Below are positions 9,185-17,570 of a DNA stretch of 64,000 bases, piece by piece (within the stretch, counting starts at the first letter, position 1; every line of letters begins with the position of its first letter). The stretch covers positions 14,082 through 78,081 of the forward strand of contig JBGSJT010000469.1 of assembly GCA_041741715.1 (NCBI GenBank), in the 5' to 3' direction. The notes below the pieces were generated by a model, which was not told the origin of the DNA, searched no databases, and saw nothing but the letters and a program-made list of their open reading frames with translations. This DNA is from Pirellulaceae bacterium (GTDB taxonomy: Bacteria > Planctomycetota > Planctomycetia > Pirellulales > Pirellulaceae). A program made the position numbers and the translations under genes.

Positions 9185-11470
9185 ATGCGTTCGCTACTAT
9201 TGCTTTTTGTCGTCCTGATCTCAACACCCGTTTGCAACATCCGTGCTGCTGAAATACTAGTCGAAGCCGAAGGGTTTGCCACTCCCGGGGGCTGGCAATT
9301 GGATACGCAGTTCATCACCAGTATGGGCTCACCGTACCTCATCGCCCACGGTTTAGGCAAGCCGGTTGCTGATGCGATTACGCACATCGACGCTCCCCAA
9401 GCTGGCGAGTATCACGTTTGGGTCCGCACGTTTGATTGGGTCGCGCGGTGGAAAGCAACGGGGACCCCTGGGCGATTTCAAGTTGCCATCAATGGTCAGC
9501 CACTGACCGAAGAGCTTGGCAAGCAAGGAGAGCATTGGGGGTGGCACCGCGCCGGGACAGCCAAGCTTCCGACAGGCAAGAGCGAATTGCGGTTGCACGA
9601 TCTGACAGGTTTTGATGGTCGTTGCGACGCCGTCTATCTGACTACCGACGAAAATCAAGTCCCTGACAATAGCTCCGAAATACTTTCCGATTTTCGTCGT
9701 CGCTTGCTCGGCATCGCCAAGCCGGTGGAGATCAAGGATGGCTACGACTTGGTCGTCATTGGCGGCGGTTACTCTGGCATGGGCTCGGCCATTTCGGCGG
9801 CGCGCATGGGCTGCAAGGTTGCTCTGATTCAGAATCGCGGCGTCCTTGGCGGCAATGGATCCAGCGAAGTTCGGGTGTGGGCCATGGGACTGATTCGGCG
9901 CGGGAAATTCCCCAGAATCGGAGAGATCATCGACGAGTTCGCTGACTCGGCCAGCAAATCGCCCGGACGCGCAGAGGAGTTTGGCGATGACGTGAAGGAT
10001 GATGTGGTGCAAGCTGAGAAGAATATCGACTTGTTTCTCAATCACCACGCTTTCCGCGTCGGCAAGCAGGGAGATGCGATCTCCTCGGTTGATGCCATTG
10101 ACACACGTTCCAACGAACTGCGACGCTTTGCGGGAAGTCTGTTTGTTGACTGCACGGGGCACGGGACGATCGGTGCCTTGGCCGAAGCCGATTTGGAACT
10201 GACCCCGGTTGGTCGCATGGGGATGAGCAACATGTGGACGTGGGATGAAGTGGAGGGCGCGCCATCTTATCCAGAAACTCCGTGGGCATTGCAGTTAAAC
10301 ATGGAAGATTTCCCCTATCCCCGCGATCACCACGGGCAATGGTTTTGGGAAAGTGGATTCGACAAAGATCCATTGGGAGATGCCGAAGGGATTCGCGATT
10401 GGAATTTGCGGGCCGTGTATGGTGCCTTCAATGCCATGAAAAATGGTGATGGATCGGCCGACCATAAAAATGCAGTGCTGACGTGGGTCGCTTACATTGG
10501 TGGACCACGCGAAAGTCGTCGATTGATGGGGGATCTGGTACTGACCCAAGACGATATTGTTGAGAAGAAAGAGTTTCCCGATGGCTGTGTCCCCAGCACA
10601 TGGTCCATCGATCTGCACTACCCCAAAGAACAATACACGGTCAAGTATCCAGACAACCCTTTCATCTCAATTGCCGAGCATGATCGTCGTATCGATCGCC
10701 AGTACGGTTACCCCATCCCATATCGCTGTTTCTATTCACGCAACGTCGACAACCTGTTCATGGCGGGTCGCTGCATTAGCGTTACGCACGAAGCCCTAGG
10801 GACCACGCGTGTCATGAAAACCTGCGGCATGATGGGCGAAGTGGTGGGGAAAGCGGCGAGTATCTGTACGCAATATAAGTGTTCACCGCGACAAGTCTAC
10901 GAAGAGCATCTTAGCGAGTTGACGCAGTTACTCGATCTACCCGGTAAGGCACGCCGCGACACAATCGGTGGCGAAGTTACGATTCCCGCAGACGCGCTAC
11001 CCAAAGCCACACCTTATGGTCCTGCCGAGGAACAAGTCGGCAGTGGCAAGCGAATTGCTGACTTGCCAGGCGTGGTGGTGGATGACGTGCAAGCCACACG
11101 GACTGGGGAATGGACGACCGGCAGTGGACTGAAGGGCTACGTTGAAGCTGGCTATCAATACGCCTCACCCGAAAGTAAGGCTACGGCGGTCTTCACGATA
11201 AACGCCAAGAGCGCGGGACAGTATTCAGTGCGGACTTCTTGGGGAGACCACGAAAATCGAGGTTCGAGCGTTCCCGTCGAAGTTAAATTGAATGGAAAAT
11301 CCGTACACCAAGCACAGCTCGACATGCGCAAATCACCAGGCGAAGATGGCTTTGGTGAACTCACGCAGCTCAAGTTGCAGCCAGAGGATGTTGTCAGCGT
11401 TGTCTTCAACACTCAGGGAGCTGGCGGGTTCGTCCACATCGACGCCGTGCAATTGTTGCCTGTCAAGTAG
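9185..11470 (+). CDS. Secreted FAD-dependent oxidoreductase (FAD_oxidored family) with N- and C-terminal beta-sandwich domains
   Basis: Signal peptide; DLVVIGGGYSG, LGGNGSSEVRV, FVDCTGHG, RESRRL, IPYRCFYSRNVDNLFMAGRCIS; C-terminal HIDAVQL. Confidence 0.9.
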   Translation: MRSLLLLFVVLISTPVCNIRAAEILVEAEGFATPGGWQLDTQFITSMGSPYLIAHGLGKPVADAITHIDAPQAGEYHVWVRTFDWVARWKATGTPGRFQVAINGQPLTEELGKQGEHWGWHRAGTAKLPTGKSELRLHDLTGFDGRCDAVYLTTDENQVPDNSSEILSDFRRRLLGIAKPVEIKDGYDLVVIGGGYSGMGSAISAARMGCKVALIQNRGVLGGNGSSEVRVWAMGLIRRGKFPRIGEIIDEFADSASKSPGRAEEFGDDVKDDVVQAEKNIDLFLNHHAFRVGKQGDAISSVDAIDTRSNELRRFAGSLFVDCTGHGTIGALAEADLELTPVGRMGMSNMWTWDEVEGAPSYPETPWALQLNMEDFPYPRDHHGQWFWESGFDKDPLGDAEGIRDWNLRAVYGAFNAMKNGDGSADHKNAVLTWVAYIGGPRESRRLMGDLVLTQDDIVEKKEFPDGCVPSTWSIDLHYPKEQYTVKYPDNPFISIAEHDRRIDRQYGYPIPYRCFYSRNVDNLFMAGRCISVTHEALGTTRVMKTCGMMGEVVGKAASICTQYKCSPRQVYEEHLSELTQLLDLPGKARRDTIGGEVTIPADALPKATPYGPAEEQVGSGKRIADLPGVVVDDVQATRTGEWTTGSGLKGYVEAGYQYASPESKATAVFTINAKSAGQYSVRTSWGDHENRGSSVPVEVKLNGKSVHQAQLDMRKSPGEDGFGELTQLKLQPEDVVSVVFNTQGAGGFVHIDAVQLLPVK

Positions 11471-11482
11471 TTCACAAGATCT

Positions 11483-11558
11483 GCAATGAGCGGGAAATAT
11501 CTGTCGTAGCTACGTTCGCTAGAACGTAGACTCCCTACGGTCTGGCGACCGCAGCTAC
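11483..11558. mobile_element. MITE-like family B, copy 2 (left TIR plus both REP arms)
   Basis: gcaatgagcgggaaatatctgtcGTAGCTACGTTCGCTAGAACGTagactccctacggtctggcgaccgcagCTAC. Confidence 0.75.
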
Positions 11559-12493
11559 TTTTGTGGCAAAGGAAACTTTGAACGCAACCAATCTTGGGTG
11601 GAAAAAGCGAATCGAGGACTATTCTTGTCGATTTGCTTGTTGATCTTGTCGACTAGTTTAGCATTCATGTCTTCGAGCTTATCATCAACCACGCCGCGTA
11701 GACTGTTGCCAAGTACCTTAGCCACGTCACCACCGACTTGACTGATGCGTCGTACGCGATAGTGCGTCAGTTCGATGTGGGCATGATCCACATGAGGCTT
11801 GATGACAATGTCGGGTGGTAGCCTGAGCATGTTCATTTGAAACTGAACCGTGCCGTCGAGCGTTAGACGACAAGCCGCGTCGGCATTGGCGCTGATACTA
11901 ATCAGTTGCACGTCACGCGCCCATTGACTCAGACGTCCGAACACATCCAACGGGCACTCGACCGTCACTGCAAACGCAATTCGTGAATCGGGGAGCGTCT
12001 CCAAGCGATTGAATTCGACATGCAGATTCTTTTCGGGCTCGACGACTGCGATACTGTAACGTGTCCATGTCCCCGCATTGACCAACTTCGTTTTGCGTTT
12101 GGTCTCAATTCGCATTCCCTCGCGCCACACGTTGACGCCATCCCAAACTTCCTTCTGTTGCCCCCACTTGCGATCGTCATCGTAGGTCGGCGGCAGATTG
12201 TCGTGCACCATTTCGGTTAGCCAAGCGACCAACTGTGGAGTGGCAATACTATTGGTTTCAATTTGTAGATGTGTCGCACCTGACGCAACTGGTTGAGCTA
12301 CCAAGCGTGTCGGGATTGTCCCCAACTCTGGCTGGTTTCTCGTTAACTGCGCAGTAGACCCGGCGACCGCAGGGAGGGAGCCTTCCACGACCAGCGGGAA
12401 TTCTTGTCCACAAACCGACGAAGAATTGCTGGCAAAGCGAAGGGCCAGTGAAGCGAACAGCACGCAGCGAAGCAATGGGAGGGAGTGTTCCAT
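11555..12493 (-). CDS. Hypothetical protein, probably exported
   Basis: Long ORF, probable start MEHSLPLL (track start 12589); its TAG stop lies in the GTAG end of the family B arm. Confidence 0.75.
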   Translation of the reverse strand: MEHSLPLLRCVLFASLALRFASNSSSVCGQEFPLVVEGSLPAVAGSTAQLTRNQPELGTIPTRLVAQPVASGATHLQIETNSIATPQLVAWLTEMVHDNLPPTYDDDRKWGQQKEVWDGVNVWREGMRIETKRKTKLVNAGTWTRYSIAVVEPEKNLHVEFNRLETLPDSRIAFAVTVECPLDVFGRLSQWARDVQLISISANADAACRLTLDGTVQFQMNMLRLPPDIVIKPHVDHAHIELTHYRVRRISQVGGDVAKVLGNSLRGVVDDKLEDMNAKLVDKINKQIDKNSPRFAFSTQDWLRSKFPLPQK

Positions 12494-12578
12494 TGTCGGA
12501 ATATCCGAACGGGAATTGAAATGCAGAGTCCTGTCCGCAGGGTACTCGAATCCGCCCCCAGGTAGCAAGATGCATTCA

Positions 12579-14234
12579 CTACTCAGCATCGCGGAGGAAC
12601 TGCTCTTTCAATTCCATCCACCGCGCGACCATCGTGGCGACGCGTTCGGGGTCGGCGCTGGCTTGATCGTGTTGTTCAGCGCGGTCAGTGGCCAAATTGA
12701 AGAGTTCCCAGCCTTGTTCCGGTCCCGCGTCGGTATTGGCTTGCTTGGAATCATTCCATGGGAAGGGACGACTCGCATTGCTAAGCACGATCTTCCAGTC
12801 ACCTTGCCTGAGGCCACGATTCCCTTCGTGATAGAACCACAGTTCGTCGTGCAACGGATCACCGTCATGAGCAAGTACAGGCCTTAGGCTGCGGCCAGCT
12901 AGGGGCGGTGCGCCAGGGCCAATACTGGGCTCGCCGCCAGCCAAGTCCAGGATGGTGGGGGCGATATCGATCACATGGGCCACCGTCTGCCGCAACTCAC
13001 CCTTGGCCTCTGTCCCTTGAGGCCAATGCACGATGAAGGGGGTCGAAATGCCTCCCTCATGGACCCACGTCTTGTGACGACGAAAGGGGGTATTGGCAGC
13101 GCTCGAAAAGCCTGGCCCAAGACAGAGATAGGAATCGGCTGAGCCCGGTGCTGCGTGCGGATCATGTCCATCACCACGGACCATGATTTCCGCGCTGGCA
13201 CCATTGTCCGACAAGAAACAAATGAAAGTATTTTGCATGGCGTTCATGGCTTGCAATTGATCGAGCACGCGGCCAATCTCGCGATCCATGCGGTCAATCA
13301 TGGCAGCATGAATGGCCATCTTGGTTGCTTGGAATTGCTGTTGCGTCTCGTTCAGTTCTTTCCAGTCGAGTGGGCGATTGATCTCGCCAGGGCCCAGCAA
13401 TTCAATTTGGTCGGGAAAGTCGTAGGGGGGGCCCACATCAGCTTCTAATTGCGAGAGTGGTGTGTGAGTGATTCCCAATTCGCGCTGTCGCGAGTGGCGC
13501 TCTTCCCGCAATTGATCCCAACCGGCACTATAGCGATTGCGATAGCGCTCAATGTCCTCGGGGAGTGCGTGCAGTGGAAAGTGGGGCGCGTTGAAAGCCA
13601 AGTAATGGAAGAAGGGGCGATCGGCGTAATTATCGGCGTGATCCTTTAAGCACTCGATCGCATGCTCGGCTGTGGCAGTTGTCAAGTAGAACTGGCCGGG
13701 CGCTTCCTGCGAGGTGCTCTGACTGGAAAGTTGTTTGCGTTTTGCTTTCGCCTCGAAGAACCCAGGACCGCGACTGACTTGATCAGAAACATCAAAACCG
13801 TTCTCTGTCGGTTTACCGTCGACGTGCCATTTTCCAGAGTGGTAGGTGCGATAACCGAGCGGTTGCAGGCGAGCTGATATTAACTTCGCCCAGTCGGGTC
13901 GCACGCCGTTTCCACCAAACTTTTTCGGTTGGGCACCAGGCATGCCATCTCGCCGTATTTGTTGTGGATAGTAACCCGATAGCAATGCCGAGCGAGTGGG
14001 CCAACATCGGGCCGTATTGTAAAACTGTGTGAATCTCAAACCGCCCGCAGCCAATCGATCGAGATTGGGAGTAGCGATCTCGCCTCCATAACAAGCGGCA
14101 TCCGAATAGCCCATATCATCAGCGATGATCACCAGAAAGTTGGGCGAGTTGTTCGCGGCAGCAGCGGTTGATGCTAGCAGACAGGCGGCAGATAGGCCGA
14201 GACTAAAACAAATCGCAATCGGTCGCAACTTCAT
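12579..14234 (-). CDS. Arylsulfatase (formylglycine-dependent sulfatase)
   Basis: Signal peptide from MKLRPIAI; PNFLVIIADDMG, CWPTR (CxPxR), GKWH, APHFPLHA, SDNG, HEGGI. Confidence 0.95.
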   Translation of the reverse strand: MKLRPIAICFSLGLSAACLLASTAAAANNSPNFLVIIADDMGYSDAACYGGEIATPNLDRLAAGGLRFTQFYNTARCWPTRSALLSGYYPQQIRRDGMPGAQPKKFGGNGVRPDWAKLISARLQPLGYRTYHSGKWHVDGKPTENGFDVSDQVSRGPGFFEAKAKRKQLSSQSTSQEAPGQFYLTTATAEHAIECLKDHADNYADRPFFHYLAFNAPHFPLHALPEDIERYRNRYSAGWDQLREERHSRQRELGITHTPLSQLEADVGPPYDFPDQIELLGPGEINRPLDWKELNETQQQFQATKMAIHAAMIDRMDREIGRVLDQLQAMNAMQNTFICFLSDNGASAEIMVRGDGHDPHAAPGSADSYLCLGPGFSSAANTPFRRHKTWVHEGGISTPFIVHWPQGTEAKGELRQTVAHVIDIAPTILDLAGGEPSIGPGAPPLAGRSLRPVLAHDGDPLHDELWFYHEGNRGLRQGDWKIVLSNASRPFPWNDSKQANTDAGPEQGWELFNLATDRAEQHDQASADPERVATMVARWMELKEQFLRDAE

Positions 14235-14316
14235 TGAGAGCTCCAAAGTGAGTTTGGGGAAGCTTGGTTGAGTCAACCCTGGGAACGAATCAAGGTTTGG
14301 TGGGATGTCTGATGGA

Positions 14317-14476
14317 CCCGGATTATTCACGTACTCCCCTGCGGGGGAGTCGCGAGTAATGCGAGCGGAGGGGGCAATACGGCTAAAGTGGCCCTCCCCG
14401 CTCGCATTACTCGCGACCCTCCCGCATACGGGAGGGTGAGAAATACCTCGGTATAGGCACTCATGGATAATCCGGG
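14317..14476. mobile_element. 160-bp MITE (family E) with 13-bp TIRs and 5-bp target duplication; possibly IS1380-type ends
   Basis: ATGGA|CCCGGATTATTCA ... TGGATAATCCGGG|ATGGA; internal perfect 20-bp inverted repeat at 14349-14368 / 14398-14417. Confidence 0.8.
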
Positions 14477-14753
14477 ATGGACGAGCAAGAACTAACTATT
14501 TTCTCATAAAACGTTGACGCTGGGGGTAATGTGTTTCACAAATTCCCTTTCCTACTGCGATTTTGTAGTGAAAATTTCGCGAATCGTCCCTTCTAGAGAC
14601 TTCTCACCGCTGCACAACCGCCTACCATAGGCAGTGTATCGATCTGGCGTATGTTCGGCGGATGCGATTGAACAAAAAGTTTTCTCAGTTGTGGGACGGC
14701 CAATGACGCTCAGTCGCGGTGGTTCCATCCTTCACCTTCTTAAGGAGTGTTCT

Positions 14754-15317
14754 ATGAGACAGTTGGTTAGTTTTGCTTTGGCCGTGGCTCTACTCAGCCC
14801 TAACTTTGCCGTTGCCGAAGAACTCAAGAGTGGCTTGGCGGCTGGAAAGAGCATCGCCCCCTTCTACGTTACCAAGACCGCTGGTGCCGAAGATGATGGC
14901 GTCGCCTGTGGCGACAATCTTTGCTATCGCTGCAAGAATGGTTCACGCCCTCAAGTGATGGTGTTCACGCGCAGCACAGATGCGAAAGTTGTGGAACTGG
15001 TCAAGCAACTTGACGAGCAACTTCAGAAGAACGAAGAAGCCCAACTCCGCGCATTCGTCAACATGCTTGGCGACAGCAAGGACGCGGCTGCCGATTCGGT
15101 TAAGAAGTTGGCAACTGCTACGAAAGCTCAGCACGTACCCTTCGTCGTTCCCAACGAGTTTGAGAACGGCCCAGAAGATTACGGAATCAGCCCCAAGGCT
15201 GAGTTGACCATCATCATCGCCAACGAAGCTAAAGTTGTGGCTAACCACGCTTTTGCTTCCGCTAAGGACTTGGACGTCAAGGCCGTTATCGGCGACATCA
15301 CGAAAATGCTCAACTAG
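14754..15317 (+). CDS. Secreted hypothetical protein with CxxC, possible thioredoxin-like fold
   Basis: AAGGAG RBS at 14742; signal peptide ending AVA-EE; LCYRCK; pattern resembling redoxin folds. Confidence 0.75.
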   Translation: MRQLVSFALAVALLSPNFAVAEELKSGLAAGKSIAPFYVTKTAGAEDDGVACGDNLCYRCKNGSRPQVMVFTRSTDAKVVELVKQLDEQLQKNEEAQLRAFVNMLGDSKDAAADSVKKLATATKAQHVPFVVPNEFENGPEDYGISPKAELTIIIANEAKVVANHAFASAKDLDVKAVIGDITKMLN

Positions 15318-15408
15318 TTCGCCTGGAAGAGTAGAAAAACTGTAAACTATCCGTGTTCTCATGCGTTGAGGACACGGATTTTTTTTTGATTCCCAGGCTC
15401 CGAATTTT

Positions 15409-15526
15409 CCTGGTTCCCAGGCTCTGCCTGGGGACCCACTGCCTTGCAGGCTCCGCCTGTTACTCCCTGGCAGACGAGGCGGAGCCTCTGGTGCAGTGCG
15501 TTCCCAGGCAGAGCCTGGGAACGAGG
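15409..15526. repeat. Nested palindromic REP-like element, family F (GTTCCCAGGCTCTGCCTGGG)
   Basis: cctggttcccaggctctgcctggggacccactgc ... gcagtgcgttcccaggcagagcctgggaacgagg; inner aggctccgcct / aggcggagcct; partial extra arm at about 15389. Confidence 0.8.
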
Positions 15527-15571
15527 GGTTTCGTTGATGATCAACGAGAGCTGTTGGAATAAATAATCCTC

Positions 15572-15635
15572 AAGATTATTGACCTTCAAGATAATTGACC
15601 TTCAAAATAATTGGTCTTCACGATAGTTGATCTTC
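15572..15635. repeat. 4 x 16-bp AT-rich tandem repeat
   Basis: aagattattgaccttc, aagataattgaccttc, aaaataattggtcttc, acgatagttgatcttc. Confidence 0.85.
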
Positions 15636-15652
15636 AAAGCTGAGGCGCGACG

Positions 15653-17305
15653 GTGAGTCGAGATTTTTTTCTACTGAATCGCTGTTATCAAATTGCCAAG
15701 CTCACCGAGCCTGCGGTGGCCAGCGCATTTCCGCTCCCATCGTCGGCGGCACGATCGAAATTACCAATCAAGCTCAGTGAGTTTTACGCGCGGTTAGACC
15801 GCATTCGCGCTATCGCTGTTGGGAGTCATGTGGGATCAAGCCTGGTTGCTGGTGCTCCAGTCGTGGATGAATCTTCACCCGTTCAACTGACTGAACGTCA
15901 GCGTCGCGACTTGGAAGAATTCGAACGGGCTGTGGTCGCTGCGCGGTTTGCCCAAGAGCCACTGATTAAGCAACCGGCTGTGGCACTGATTCGCGCGATC
16001 TTCGCTGATGCGGTTTATTTCTCTGGTCTCAAGCCGCTACCGCAATATACGGATGCGTTTGCCTACGAATTGCTTTTTCCGAGTTGGTTGAATCTGCTTA
16101 AGGCGTGCATGCTACCACGGGCCGATGACGGTAAGCCCCGCTTGGACGGAGATCGCCAGGGTGCCTTGTTTGAATTCCTGAGCGAAATGTCAACGCTAAG
16201 TGAGAACGATCAACACATGCTGGTCGGCTTTCTGACCTTTATAGCCAGTCGCTTCGACGCGCCGCAATGCGAGGAACTGCTTCAATGTGCAGTCGATCTA
16301 GTGGCACTCGAAGGGAGCACAACTGTTGCGGCACTCGACAGTATCGACATGCTTTGCAAGGATGCCCGACAGTTGCGTGAGCGCATGGCCGATTATTTGA
16401 TCGTAAAATACACCTTGGTCGAGTGGCCGAGTCAGAGAGAATATGTGATTGCGTATAAACGCCCAGCGCGACGCGCAATCCCCAAGGGGCTGTCGATAAG
16501 TCTATGCGAATTGGAAGCCCAACAGCAGTGGAGCGAGTTCTTTCAGATCGCTGGGCCCCTGCGAAGTATCATCCAATCCGAGCATGCATTGTCCCCCGAT
16601 TTTGTAGCGCTGCTCAACGATGTGCCCCGACGCAGCGGGGAATTGCTAGAACTACTAGCGGTTAAGCAAGCCGATGGTAGTGTGAAAGTGTTGTCTAGCG
16701 AAGGTCAAGATTGCATCGGCAAACTGGCCCGACTGGAACCGGCACTCGTTTCCAGTGACTTCTCACAACTACAACAGTTCGCGACGGGTATGGCGCCGCG
16801 CTTAGAGGGGCTAAGCGAAGCCACACTAAAATATTTCCAACGCGTGCTGGTGGATGATGCTGGTGGACGGGGACTGCTGCTGGCAAGTTGTTCGGACGCC
16901 AACCGCCGCAGTCTGTTGGCCGATCAATTGTTAACTCGCGCCGGACAAACTGACGATAACACTCGTTTTCTGAAGTTGCTGGCTTGTGTCTGCGTCGTCT
17001 CACCCCGGGCAGAGGCGAATGACGCCAAACTGGGGCTACTAGCGATCGATGGCGTCGTTTCCAACCGTTCCATAGGCAACAAGGAGCTGAACGATTTAGT
17101 TGGCGATTTGCATGCCAACAGCCAACAATCAATCGACTACTTGGCGTCCCCCATGATGGCTGCCGCCGGGAAAAGTCCGAGGTTAGCTGCACTCTATTTG
17201 ACGTTGAACGAAATCAGTCAGAAGCTGGCCGCCTCCGGTAGCGTAGACAACTTTAGCGTCGTCCGCGCAAAATATGCTAAGCTAACCAACATGGACTACG
17301 ATTAA
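15653..17305 (+). CDS. Hypothetical protein (550 aa, no recognised domain)
   Basis: Long uninterrupted ORF, GTG start with GAGG upstream; Leu/Ala-rich. Confidence 0.75.
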   Translation: MSRDFFLLNRCYQIAKLTEPAVASAFPLPSSAARSKLPIKLSEFYARLDRIRAIAVGSHVGSSLVAGAPVVDESSPVQLTERQRRDLEEFERAVVAARFAQEPLIKQPAVALIRAIFADAVYFSGLKPLPQYTDAFAYELLFPSWLNLLKACMLPRADDGKPRLDGDRQGALFEFLSEMSTLSENDQHMLVGFLTFIASRFDAPQCEELLQCAVDLVALEGSTTVAALDSIDMLCKDARQLRERMADYLIVKYTLVEWPSQREYVIAYKRPARRAIPKGLSISLCELEAQQQWSEFFQIAGPLRSIIQSEHALSPDFVALLNDVPRRSGELLELLAVKQADGSVKVLSSEGQDCIGKLARLEPALVSSDFSQLQQFATGMAPRLEGLSEATLKYFQRVLVDDAGGRGLLLASCSDANRRSLLADQLLTRAGQTDDNTRFLKLLACVCVVSPRAEANDAKLGLLAIDGVVSNRSIGNKELNDLVGDLHANSQQSIDYLASPMMAAAGKSPRLAALYLTLNEISQKLAASGSVDNFSVVRAKYAKLTNMDYD

Positions 17306-17407
17306 GCATCGAGCGGGAAATAAGTGTTGGATCTTAACGTAGCTGCGGTCGCCAGACCGCATGGAATCGACGTTCTGGCGAACGTAGCTACAGTTCGGGT
17401 TTTCCCT
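17303..17407. mobile_element. MITE-like family B, copy 3 (reverse orientation, degenerate right end)
   Basis: TAA|GCATCGAGCGGGAAATAA...GTAGCTGCGGTCGCCAGACCGC...ACGTTCTGGCGAACGTAGCTAC. Confidence 0.75.
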
Positions 17408-17570
17408 GCATTACGGGGGCGGACCAGTGTCTTGCGACTTCGGCGATGGGTTGACGAAAACGTTCACTCGAGCTCACACTCAAATACATTCGTTTTCCGA
17501 CAAAAAAATGTGCGGCAAAAAGATGAGGTGCTCGACTACGCAGATGAAGATTTCTATTACGATCACCAGC

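Noticed and set aside
9353-10162. 269-aa antisense ORF, and similar shadow ORFs across the window
   Set aside because: Fully overlaps well-supported genes and has no motifs; expected in GC-rich coding DNA.
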